From IMG/VR virus record IMGVR_UViG_3300035003_000002, positions 1 through 40,456 of that record: a stretch of DNA of 40,456 bases; one strand, given 5' to 3'. This DNA comes from a virus. Lineage: Duplodnaviria; Caudoviricetes. Positions 24,978-33,279 of the stretch are shown piece by piece (positions within the stretch are counted from its first letter, which is position 1; the number at the start of each line of letters is the position of its first letter). The notes beneath the pieces are model-generated. The model was not told the DNA's origin. It did not search any database and was given only the letters and a program-made list of their open reading frames with translations. The position numbers were made by a program, and so were the translations under genes.

Positions 24978-26786
24978 ATGGCCGCCGGCCGCAACCTGAT
25001 CGCCAGCTTCATCCTGCGCCTGGTGGACCGGCTTTCGCCCGGCCTGCAGCGCATCCAGGGCATGCTGCAGCGGACGCGCGACATGGCCGGACGCATCGGC
25101 GCGATCGGCGCCGTGGTGGCCGGCATCAGCTTCATGGCGCCGCTGCGCGAAGCCGCGGCCTTCGACGATGTGCTTCGCCAGACAGCGATCACCGCAGGGC
25201 AGTCCGGCAGGGCTGCGCAAAGTGCCGTGGCGCAGATGAGTGCGGCCTACCAGCGCCTCGCCTTGGAGACGGGCCAGCGCAGCCAGGCGGTGGCGCAGGC
25301 GGCGGCCGACCTGCAGGCCGCGAACCTGGCGCCCGAGGTCATCCAGCAGCTGCTGCCCACGCTGGCGCGCACCGCGACGGCCACCGGCGCCGAGCTTGCG
25401 GACCTCACGCGCATGGCCATCGGCCTGAACCAGAATTTGCGCATCGGCCCCGACCAGATGGCGGTGGCGCTCGCGCGCATGGCACAGGCCGGCAAGGAAG
25501 GCCGGTTCGAGCTGCGTGACATGGCGCGGGAGTTTCCGGCGCTGACCGCCGGGCTGGAAGGGCTTGGCGCCACCGGGCTCGATGCAGCCGAGCGGCTGGC
25601 CTCGATGCTGCAGGTGGCGCGGCGCGGTGCGGCCACGGGCAGCGAGGCGGCCACCAACCTCAGCAACCTCATCAGCAAGATCAGCAGCCCGGAGACGGTG
25701 CGGAACTTCGCCGAAGCCGGCACGAACCTGCCCGGTCTGCTGGCCAGCGCCGCGCAACAGGGCATCAACCCCGTCGAGGCCGTGATCCAGGAGGTGCGCC
25801 GCCTCAGCCGGGGCGACATGTTCAGCGTGGGCCGCCTGTTCGGCGACCAGCAGGTGTTGAACGCCCTGCGCCCCTTCATGACGGGCACGCAGGAGTATCT
25901 GCGCATCCTGCAATCGGTGCGCGCCGCGCAGGCGAACCTGATCGACACTGACTTCGAGACGCGGCGGCAGGGCCTGCTGATCCGCACGCTGGAGCTTGAG
26001 GAGCGCATCACCCAGCTCGGCCGCCGCGTGGGCAATGCCTTCGGCGACAACCTCGGCTGGATTAACGATGCCCTGGCTGGCTTCCAGGCCTTCCTGGACC
26101 GCATCGACGCCATCGCCCCTGGGCTGGTGGACAACCTGCTGATGGTGGGCGGCGCGGGCATCCTGCTGGCCGGCGCGCTTGGCGTGCTGGGCGTGGTGGC
26201 CCCTGCCGTGGCGGCGGGCGTGGCGCTGATCGGCGGGCCGATCGGCCTGGCGGCGCTTGCGATCGCCGCCGCAGCGGTTTTCATCTGGCAATACTGGAAC
26301 GAGATCGGCGAATTCTTCAGCGGCCTCTGGGCGGGCATTCAGGCGGCCTTCAGCAGCTTCGGCACCTGGCTGGCATCCTGGGTGAGCGGCGACGGGCAGA
26401 TCGCCTGGCTGGCGGGTGCCATCCGCACCGCCTGGGCGCCGCTGGGCAGCTTCTTCGACGGGCTGCTGGGCGGCATCGCGCGGAACTTCGAAGCGCTGAT
26501 GAGCGTGATCCGCCCTGTGCTGGACGGGGCGCAGCGGCTGCTGGGCGGCAATGAGGGCGCGGGCAGCGACCCCGCGGCGCAGGCCGCGCGCCGCGCCGCG
26601 ATGGGCAACCGCGGCAGCGCCGGCGGCTTCTACGCGGATCCCGTGCTGCCGCCAGCCCAGCGCATGCAGGGCGAGATCGTGGTGCGCGCCGAGCCCGGCA
26701 CCGCGGCCGAAGTGACGCGCCCGGGCAACCGCGACGTGCCGCTGACCACGGCGCCGAACCGCGGCCCCATGCTGGGCCTGCCCTGA
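24978..26786 (+). CDS. tail tape measure protein
   Basis: LRLVDRLSP, AGKEGRFELRDMAREFP, EAATNLSNL; Ala/Trp-periodic C-terminal half; 602 aa. Confidence 0.93.
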   Translation: MAAGRNLIASFILRLVDRLSPGLQRIQGMLQRTRDMAGRIGAIGAVVAGISFMAPLREAAAFDDVLRQTAITAGQSGRAAQSAVAQMSAAYQRLALETGQRSQAVAQAAADLQAANLAPEVIQQLLPTLARTATATGAELADLTRMAIGLNQNLRIGPDQMAVALARMAQAGKEGRFELRDMAREFPALTAGLEGLGATGLDAAERLASMLQVARRGAATGSEAATNLSNLISKISSPETVRNFAEAGTNLPGLLASAAQQGINPVEAVIQEVRRLSRGDMFSVGRLFGDQQVLNALRPFMTGTQEYLRILQSVRAAQANLIDTDFETRRQGLLIRTLELEERITQLGRRVGNAFGDNLGWINDALAGFQAFLDRIDAIAPGLVDNLLMVGGAGILLAGALGVLGVVAPAVAAGVALIGGPIGLAALAIAAAAVFIWQYWNEIGEFFSGLWAGIQAAFSSFGTWLASWVSGDGQIAWLAGAIRTAWAPLGSFFDGLLGGIARNFEALMSVIRPVLDGAQRLLGGNEGAGSDPAAQAARRAAMGNRGSAGGFYADPVLPPAQRMQGEIVVRAEPGTAAEVTRPGNRDVPLTTAPNRGPMLGLP

Positions 26787-28069
26787 TGTCCGGCAGCTTT
26801 CCCGGCGGCGCGCTTGGCGCGCTGATCGACGGGCTGTTCCAGGCCAGCTTCGCCGGCATCGAATTCCACATGCCCGATGCGCGCAGCGAGGCCGGGCGGC
26901 GCGTGATCGGCTTCCTGTTCCCCGGCCGCGACGGCCTGGCGCATGAGGACCTGGGCGCCGCGCCGCGCCGCATCACGATCAGCGGCCTGGTGCTGGGCGA
27001 GGACCATGTGCGCCGCGCGCGGCGGCTGGAGGCCGCCTTCCTGCGCCCCGGCCCCGCCACGCTGGTGCATCCCTGGCTGGGCGAGATCGAGGTGGTGCTG
27101 GTGCAGCCCGCCAGCTTCACCTTCACCGAGCGCGAGCTGCGCGTGGTGCGCTTCGACGCGGTGTTCGAGCGCGTGGTCGCACCCGCTTCGCCCCTCGACA
27201 CGCTGGGCCGGCTGCTGGATGCGGCGGATGGGCTGCGCGATGCCGCGCGCGGGCTGCTGCGCCGCGTGCTGGCGCCGGTGCGCCTCGGCCTCGGCGCCAT
27301 CGCCGCGGTCTCGGCCTATCTCGGCAGCGCGGCCACCACCTGGCGCACCGTGCTGGCCGGCGTGCGCGGCGGGGCCACGCTGCGCGGCGCCCTGGCCGGC
27401 CCGGTCGAGGCGCTGGAGGGCTTCAGCTTCGCCCCCGTCGCGACCGCCGGCGACGACACCGCCGATGTGCTGGGCGCGGTGCCCGCGGCCGCCGCGCGCG
27501 CCGCCGCCCCCGCGGCGATCCCCGCCATCGGCCCCGGCCCGGCCGCCCCCGCCGCGCCGGCGCCGGCCGATCGGCGCGCCGCGGCGCTGCTGCTGATCGA
27601 TGCCGCGGCCGGCCTGGGCGCCGGGCCGGCCGAGGCCGCCGCGCCGCGCCTGGCCGCCCGCGCGCAAGCGCTGGCCGAGGCGGCGCGGACCATCGCCGAC
27701 ATCCCCTTCGAAAGCCGGCAGGAGGCCCGCGCCTGGCGCGCCCGGCAGGATGCCGCGCTGGGCGCCGGCGTGACCGCCGCCGCCGCGCTGGGCGCGACCG
27801 AGCCCGAGGCCGCGGGGCAGCTGCTGCGCGCGCTGGTGGCGCTGCGCGCGGCTGCCGCGGCCGACCTCGACGAGCGCATCGGCCGCCTGCCGGAGGTGCT
27901 GCTGCTGGCCGCGCCGCCGGGCGGCGGATCGGCCTGGCAGGTTGCGCAGCACATCGCCGGCGACGATCCGGCGGCGGTGGTGGCGGCGCATGCCGACATC
28001 GTCGCGCGCAACCGCCTGCGCCACCCCGCCCTGATCCCCGGCGGCCAGGTGCTGGAGATCCTGCCATGA
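26786..28069 (+). CDS. DNA circularisation protein (Mu gpN/gp43-like)
   Basis: ASFAGIEF, EDLG, PGPATLVHPWLG, RNRLRHPALIPGG. Confidence 0.9.
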   Translation: MSGSFPGGALGALIDGLFQASFAGIEFHMPDARSEAGRRVIGFLFPGRDGLAHEDLGAAPRRITISGLVLGEDHVRRARRLEAAFLRPGPATLVHPWLGEIEVVLVQPASFTFTERELRVVRFDAVFERVVAPASPLDTLGRLLDAADGLRDAARGLLRRVLAPVRLGLGAIAAVSAYLGSAATTWRTVLAGVRGGATLRGALAGPVEALEGFSFAPVATAGDDTADVLGAVPAAAARAAAPAAIPAIGPGPAAPAAPAPADRRAAALLLIDAAAGLGAGPAEAAAPRLAARAQALAEAARTIADIPFESRQEARAWRARQDAALGAGVTAAAALGATEPEAAGQLLRALVALRAAAAADLDERIGRLPEVLLLAAPPGGGSAWQVAQHIAGDDPAAVVAAHADIVARNRLRHPALIPGGQVLEILP

Positions 28070-29274
28070 CCACCACCCGGGTGCGGCTGGAGGTGGATGG
28101 CCAGGTGCATGACACCTGGACGGCCGTGCACATCACGCGCGACCTGGCCGACATCTCCGGCGGGTTCGAGCTGGAGCTGCACGACGCCGCCCGGCTGCGC
28201 CGCGCGCTGCCCGGCAGCACGCCGGCCATGCCGATGACGATCGAGGCCGGTTCTGAGGTGCGCCTGTCGATCGACGGCGAGCTGGTGCTGCTGGGCCATG
28301 TGGACGATCTGAAGGTCAGCATCCAGGCCGAGGACATCCGCATCGGCGTCTCGGGCCGCGACCGCACCGGCGACTTGGTGGACAGCGCGGCGACGCTCGA
28401 TGGGCCGGTGGAGTTCCGCAACCTGACGCTGACCGAGATCGCCGAGCGGATCTGCAAGCCCTTCGACATCGCGGTGCGGGCCGAGACCGATGTCGGCGCG
28501 CCCTTCACGGTGTTCAGCCTGGATGCGGCGGAGCGCGCGATGGAGGCGATCGAGCGCGGCTGCCGCCAGCGCGCGGTGCTGGCGGTGTCGGATGGCGTGG
28601 GCGGGCTGCTGCTGACGCGCAGCGGCGCCCGGCGCGGCCCTGCCGCACTCAGCCTGCCGGGCAATGTGCAGGCGGCGGTGCTGACGCGCAGCTGGCGCGA
28701 CCGGCACAGCGCCTATGTGGTGAAGGGGCAGACCAAGCCCGCGCGCGCCGGCGGCCCGGCCTTCACGCCGCCGGCCTCGCCGATCGTGCCCGGCTTCGGC
28801 CCGCCGAACCCGCAGGCGCAGGAGCGCGCGACCATCGTCATGACCGGCCGCGCCGTGGATCCCGAGGTGGTGCGCCACCGCCCGCTGGTCGCCCTCGCCC
28901 GCAGCCAGTCCGGCGGTGCCAGCGTGCAGACGCAGGCCGAGTGGATGCTGCGCATCGCGCGCGGCCAGTCCGAGACGCTGGCCTACACCGTGCTGGATTG
29001 GCGCGCGGGCACCGACAAGCGGCTGTGGCGGCCGAATGAGCTGGTGACGGTGGATGATCCCATCGCGGGGATCCTCGGCGACATGCTGGTGGCCGGCGTG
29101 ACCTTCAGCCATTCCGACCAGGATGGCAGCATCACGCAGCTGCGCCTGGTGGGGCCCGAGGCCTTCGACCTGGTGGCCGAGGCCGAGGATCAGCGCCGCG
29201 CCACGCGCGAGAACCGCGACGCCGCGCGGCCGCGCAACAGGGTGGCCTCGCCGATCACGGGGCCGCAGCCGTGA
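28066..29274 (+). CDS. baseplate hub (Mu gpP/gp44-like)
   Basis: VSGRDRTGDLVDS, SDGVGGL, LWRPNELVTVDD. Confidence 0.92.
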   Translation: MTTTRVRLEVDGQVHDTWTAVHITRDLADISGGFELELHDAARLRRALPGSTPAMPMTIEAGSEVRLSIDGELVLLGHVDDLKVSIQAEDIRIGVSGRDRTGDLVDSAATLDGPVEFRNLTLTEIAERICKPFDIAVRAETDVGAPFTVFSLDAAERAMEAIERGCRQRAVLAVSDGVGGLLLTRSGARRGPAALSLPGNVQAAVLTRSWRDRHSAYVVKGQTKPARAGGPAFTPPASPIVPGFGPPNPQAQERATIVMTGRAVDPEVVRHRPLVALARSQSGGASVQTQAEWMLRIARGQSETLAYTVLDWRAGTDKRLWRPNELVTVDDPIAGILGDMLVAGVTFSHSDQDGSITQLRLVGPEAFDLVAEAEDQRRATRENRDAARPRNRVASPITGPQP

Positions 29275-29798
29275 GGGACGTGATGCAGCTGCGCGGCGCG
29301 GTGGTGCGCGGGGCCGTGGTGGGCAGCAGCGATGCCGGCCAGGCGCAGACCGTGGATGTGGAGACGCATGAGGGCGTGCTGCGCGCCGGGGTGGAAGTGC
29401 TGCAGCCATTCGGCGTCGCGTCCCGCGCGCCGGGCGGGCCGGGTGCCATGGTGCTGCTGCTGGCGGTGGGCGGCGACCAGGGCGACATGGTGGCGCTGCC
29501 GGTGGCATGCCCTTCGCTGCGCTTCGGCGCGCTCGGGCCCGGCGAGGCGGTGCTGTATGACGCCGAGGGCAACCGGGTGCACCTGCGCGCCGGCGGCATC
29601 GTCGAGGTTCAGGCGGCGACGAAGATCCGCCTGGTGGCGCCGCTGGTCGAAATCGTGGCGGATGAGACGACGATCAGCGGCGACCTGGTGGTGGCCGGCC
29701 AGGTCTCCGACGCCGCGGGCTCGATGCAGGAGATGCGCACCCGCTACAACGGGCACCAGCACGCGGGCGGCGCGACACCGACCCCGTTGATGGACTGA
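29271..29798 (+). CDS. baseplate spike (Mu gp45-like)
   Basis: VEVLQPFG, GEAVLYDAEG, C-terminal YNGHQH (HxH metal-binding tip). Confidence 0.92.
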   Translation: MRDVMQLRGAVVRGAVVGSSDAGQAQTVDVETHEGVLRAGVEVLQPFGVASRAPGGPGAMVLLLAVGGDQGDMVALPVACPSLRFGALGPGEAVLYDAEGNRVHLRAGGIVEVQAATKIRLVAPLVEIVADETTISGDLVVAGQVSDAAGSMQEMRTRYNGHQHAGGATPTPLMD

Positions 29799-29799
29799 G

Positions 29800-29870
29800 C
29801 GGCGCGCAGCGCCGAGGCCGCGGATGCGGCCCGCCGGCAGTCCGGCGAAGGCAAGGGCGCGGATGCGCCC
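29800..29870. repeat. four tandem 6-bp hairpins, two with GGAT loops
   Basis: CGGCGC-GCA-GCGCCG; GGCCGC-GGAT-GCGGCC; CGCCGG-CAGT-CCGGCG; GGGCGC-GGAT-GCGCCC. Confidence 0.65.
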
Positions 29871-29895
29871 GCCCGCCGTCTGAGGGCAAAGCACT

Positions 29896-29950
29896 ACGCC
29901 CGCGGCTGCGGGCATGATCCGGCTTCCCCGCGCGCGCGATCCTGCGCGCC
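29896..29950 (+). promoter_or_regulatory. putative late promoter 3
   Basis: ACGCCCGC-GGCT-GCGGGCATGA...CGCGCGATCCT-7 nt-ATG(29951). Confidence 0.75.
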
Positions 29951-30385
29951 ATGCTCGACATCGCGCTTCGCTTCGATCCCGTCGCGCGCCGCTTCGATGT
30001 GGCGGTGGAGGGGCGCGACCTGGTGCTGGACCGCACCGCCGCCACGCCGATGCTGCTGGGCCTGGGCTGCGATCGTCGCGCGCGCCCCGATGATGCTCTG
30101 CCCGGCGAGGCCGTGTTCGGCGCGCGCCGCGGCTGGCCGGGCGATGCGCTGGACGGCGCCGGCCGGCGCCTGGGCAGCCGGCTGTGGCTGCTGGAGCGCG
30201 CGAAGCAGACCGAGGCCGTGCGCCTGCGCGCCGAGAGCTACGCCCTGGAAGGCTTGGCGCGGCTGGCCGACGAGCTGGGCCTGGATGTCACCGCCAGCGC
30301 CGCCTGGGCGCGCCCCGGCGTGCTGGCCCTGACCGCCCGCGCCGCATCGGCCGAGGTGACTATCAGCCGGGCTGTCGCCGCATGA
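29951..30385 (+). CDS. Mu gp46-like baseplate protein
   Basis: DRRARPDD, RRGWPGD, GSRLWLLERAK. Confidence 0.92.
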   Translation: MLDIALRFDPVARRFDVAVEGRDLVLDRTAATPMLLGLGCDRRARPDDALPGEAVFGARRGWPGDALDGAGRRLGSRLWLLERAKQTEAVRLRAESYALEGLARLADELGLDVTASAAWARPGVLALTARAASAEVTISRAVAA

Positions 30386-31437
30386 CCTGGCCCATTCCCC
30401 AGCCCGGCGAGATCGCCGAGCGCCTGGCCGCCGGCATCGAGGCCGGCTTCCCCGAGGCGCCGGACCTGGATGCGCGCGCGCCCGACACGATGCTCGGCGT
30501 CATCGCCCGCACCTTCGGCCTGGCGCTGTTCGACGCGCATCTGCACCAAGCCTATCTGGCGCAGCAGCTGCTGCCCGACACCGCCACCGAATGGCTGGAG
30601 CGCCACGCCGATGTGTGGGGCATCGCCCGCATCGCCGCGACGCAGGCCGCCGGCACCGTCACCTTTGCGGGCACCAACGGCACCAGCATCCCCGCCGGCA
30701 CCGAGCTGCGCGCGCCCTCCGGCCTGATCGCCACCACGCTGGCGACCGTGGTGGTGGCGAGCGGCACCACCAGCGTGGCCGTGCGCATGGCCGCCCCCGG
30801 CGCGGCGGGCAATGCGGTGGCCGGCGTGGTGCTGGCGCTGGTCGCGCCCATCGCGGGCCTTACGCCGCAATCGGCCACGGTGGCGATCGGCGGGCTGACC
30901 GGCGGCGCCGAGGCTGAGGCCGACGAGGCGCTGCGCGCGCGGCTGCTGGCGCGCATCCGTCAGCCGCCGATGGGCGGCACGGCGGCGGATTACATCGCCT
31001 GGGCTAAGCGCGCTTCGGCCGAGGTGGCGCAGGTGGCGGTGCTGCCGAACCATGTCGGCCCGGGCACGGTGGGCGTGGTGGTGGCCATGGCCGGCGCGCG
31101 CGCGCCGACCAGCCCCGAGATCGCCGCCATCGCGGCATCGATCGAGCTGGACCGGCCGGTGACGGCATCGGTCACCGTGCTGGCCTGCGTCCCCACGCCG
31201 GTGGCCTTCACCATCACCGTCACGCCCGACACCGCGGCGACGCGCGCCGCCGTCACCGCGGCGCTGGATGCCTTCTTCGCGCGCGAGGCGGCGATCGGCG
31301 CCGTGATGCCGCGCAGCCGGATCAGCGAGGCGATCAGCGCCGCCGCCGGCGAGTATTCCCACGTGCTGGTCGCGCCGGCGGCCGATGTGGCGCCGACGCC
31401 GCTGCAGCTGCCCACGCGGGGGACCATCACGTGGTAG
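30382..31437 (+). CDS. baseplate J / Mu gp47
   Basis: QLLPDTA..WLERHA, GGAEAEADEALRARLL, PPMGGTAADY..WA, GPGTV. Confidence 0.94.
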   Translation: MTWPIPQPGEIAERLAAGIEAGFPEAPDLDARAPDTMLGVIARTFGLALFDAHLHQAYLAQQLLPDTATEWLERHADVWGIARIAATQAAGTVTFAGTNGTSIPAGTELRAPSGLIATTLATVVVASGTTSVAVRMAAPGAAGNAVAGVVLALVAPIAGLTPQSATVAIGGLTGGAEAEADEALRARLLARIRQPPMGGTAADYIAWAKRASAEVAQVAVLPNHVGPGTVGVVVAMAGARAPTSPEIAAIAASIELDRPVTASVTVLACVPTPVAFTITVTPDTAATRAAVTAALDAFFAREAAIGAVMPRSRISEAISAAAGEYSHVLVAPAADVAPTPLQLPTRGTITW

Positions 31438-32027
31438 CGCGCAGCGCCGAGGCGGTGCTGGACGCGCTGCTGGCGCTGCTGCCGCCCGGCTGGGCGGTGC
31501 CGCGCCTGCGCGATGCCGCCCTTGCCCGGCTGCTGGCCGCGCCGGCGGCGGAGATCGCGCGCATCGAGGCTGCAGCCCTGGCGCAGCTGGTGGAGAGCGA
31601 CCCGCGCGCCGCCGCCGCCCTGCTGCCGGATTACGAGCGCGTGCTGGGCCCCGACCCCTGCGACCCCGCGGGGGCGACCGAGATCGGCGAGCGGCGGCGC
31701 ATCGCGCATCAGCGCTGGACGCAGCAGGGCAGCCAGTCCCGCGCCTTCTTCGTGGCCCTCTCCGCCAGCCGCGGCGTGGCCATCACGATCGAGGAGCGCA
31801 AGCCCTTCAAGGCCGGGCGCAGCAAGGCCGGCCAGCCGCTGGCGCCGCGCGAGTGCCGCTTCACCTGGCGCATCCGCCTGCCGACCACCCGCGTGGTCAG
31901 CTTCCGCGCCGGGCGCAGCAAGGCCGGGCAGTCGCTGGGCTCGATCGAGGCCTCAGCCGCCGAGTGCCCCATCCGGCGCCTGGCACCGGCACACACCATC
32001 CCCGTCTTTGCCTACGGAGCACCCTGA
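31431..32027 (+). CDS. Mu gp48-like (DUF2313/YmfQ) baseplate protein
   Basis: LLPPGWA, ESDPR...LLPDYERVLG, FxAGRSKAGQxL twice, ECPIRRLAPAHT. Confidence 0.92.
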   Translation: MVARSAEAVLDALLALLPPGWAVPRLRDAALARLLAAPAAEIARIEAAALAQLVESDPRAAAALLPDYERVLGPDPCDPAGATEIGERRRIAHQRWTQQGSQSRAFFVALSASRGVAITIEERKPFKAGRSKAGQPLAPRECRFTWRIRLPTTRVVSFRAGRSKAGQSLGSIEASAAECPIRRLAPAHTIPVFAYGAP

Positions 32028-32830
32028 TGCAGCGGATCACTGGCCCGAGCGCGGTCGATATCGGCGGCGGCAACCTCGGCTTCCGGGATGAGAACCTCTC
32101 CAGCGGCATCGAGGGCACGGATGTCTCGGCCGCCTGGCTGAACGGCGTGCAGGAGGAGCTGGTCGGCGTGATCGTCGCCGGCGGGCTGACGCCGAGCGGC
32201 GCCAACCTGGCGCAGCTGCTGGCCGCGATGCGCGCCATGTTCGCCCCGGGCTTCGAGGCCTTCACCGCCAGCGGCACCTTCACGGTGCCGCCGGGCGTGA
32301 CGCGGGTGGAAGTGGAGGTCTGGGGCGGCGGCGGTGGTGGCGGCGCGGGGGCCTCCGGCACCGCGACGCCGCCCTTCGCAGGCACCGGCGGCGGCGCTGG
32401 TGGATATGCGGCGGGGGTTTTCACCGTCACGCCGGGGGGCGCGATCACGGTGACGGTGGGCGCCGGCGGCGGCAGCGGCGCGAATGGTGGCAGCAGCAGC
32501 TTCGGCGCGTTCTGTTCGGCCACCGGCGGCACCGGCGGCAGTCTGATCCAGGTCAACTTGTCGGCCGAGGTGCCCGCGGGCAACGGCACGGGCGGGCAGC
32601 TGAACCTGCAGGGCGGGGGCGGTGGCTTGCCGATCGCAAACCCGGTCTCGACCAATGTCGGCATCGGCGGCCGCGGCGGCAACGCGGCGCGCGGCGGCGC
32701 AGGCGGCGTGGAGAGCTATGCTGGCCCGGGCACCGGGCGGCGGCCTGGTGGTGGCGGCGGCGGCGGCGGCGGCGCCGGCAGCGCGGCGGGTGGTGTCGGC
32801 GGCCCCGGCCTTGTGATCGTGCGCTGGTGA
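32027..32830 (+). CDS. tail fibre protein with glycine-rich domain
   Basis: Fibre N-terminus (GTDVSAAWLNGVQEEL), FTASGTFTVPPGVTRVEVEVWGGGGGG, ends GGPGLVIVRW. Confidence 0.85.
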   Translation: MQRITGPSAVDIGGGNLGFRDENLSSGIEGTDVSAAWLNGVQEELVGVIVAGGLTPSGANLAQLLAAMRAMFAPGFEAFTASGTFTVPPGVTRVEVEVWGGGGGGGAGASGTATPPFAGTGGGAGGYAAGVFTVTPGGAITVTVGAGGGSGANGGSSSFGAFCSATGGTGGSLIQVNLSAEVPAGNGTGGQLNLQGGGGGLPIANPVSTNVGIGGRGGNAARGGAGGVESYAGPGTGRRPGGGGGGGGGAGSAAGGVGGPGLVIVRW

Positions 32831-33279
32831 GCGGCGCCGCGCCCCCGCGCCCGGTGCGCGTCGAGCTGCGGCTGGCGCCGCAGGACGGCGCCTGGCCGCG
32901 CAACCCCACGGTGCTGCAGGGCCAGGCGCTGCGCGTCTATGCCAGCTTCCTCGACGTGGATGGCGCGGCGCTGCCGGCCAATGCGGTGACCGGCGTGGTC
33001 TGGACGCTGGCGCGCCCGGGTGGGCCGGCGCTGCAGGTGGCCTCGGATGCGGGTGGGGGCATCGGCAGCCACAGCATCGGCGCGGCGAACGATGTGCCGG
33101 GCCGCTGGCGCGCCGGCATCAGCTGCACCGGCCCGGCCGCGGCGGTGGGCGAGATCAGCTGGGATGTGCAGGCGCCGGCCGCGCCCCTGGCCGCGGCGGT
33201 GGCGCCTGCTGGCCTGGTGCTGGTGACGCAGGACGGCCGGGTGCTGCTGACCGAAACCGGCCAGGCGATCGCGGTATGA
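32827..33279 (+). CDS. fibre-associated hypothetical protein
   Basis: Beta-rich; C-terminal LVTQDGRVLLTETG; coupled at both ends. Confidence 0.7.
   Translation: MSGAAPPRPVRVELRLAPQDGAWPRNPTVLQGQALRVYASFLDVDGAALPANAVTGVVWTLARPGGPALQVASDAGGGIGSHSIGAANDVPGRWRAGISCTGPAAAVGEISWDVQAPAAPLAAAVAPAGLVLVTQDGRVLLTETGQAIAV

Noticed and set aside
31806-31937. Direct repeat GCCGGGCGCAGCAAGGCCGG inside gp48
   Set aside because: Encodes the FxAGxSxAGxxL motif that commonly occurs twice in this family; not a separate DNA element.
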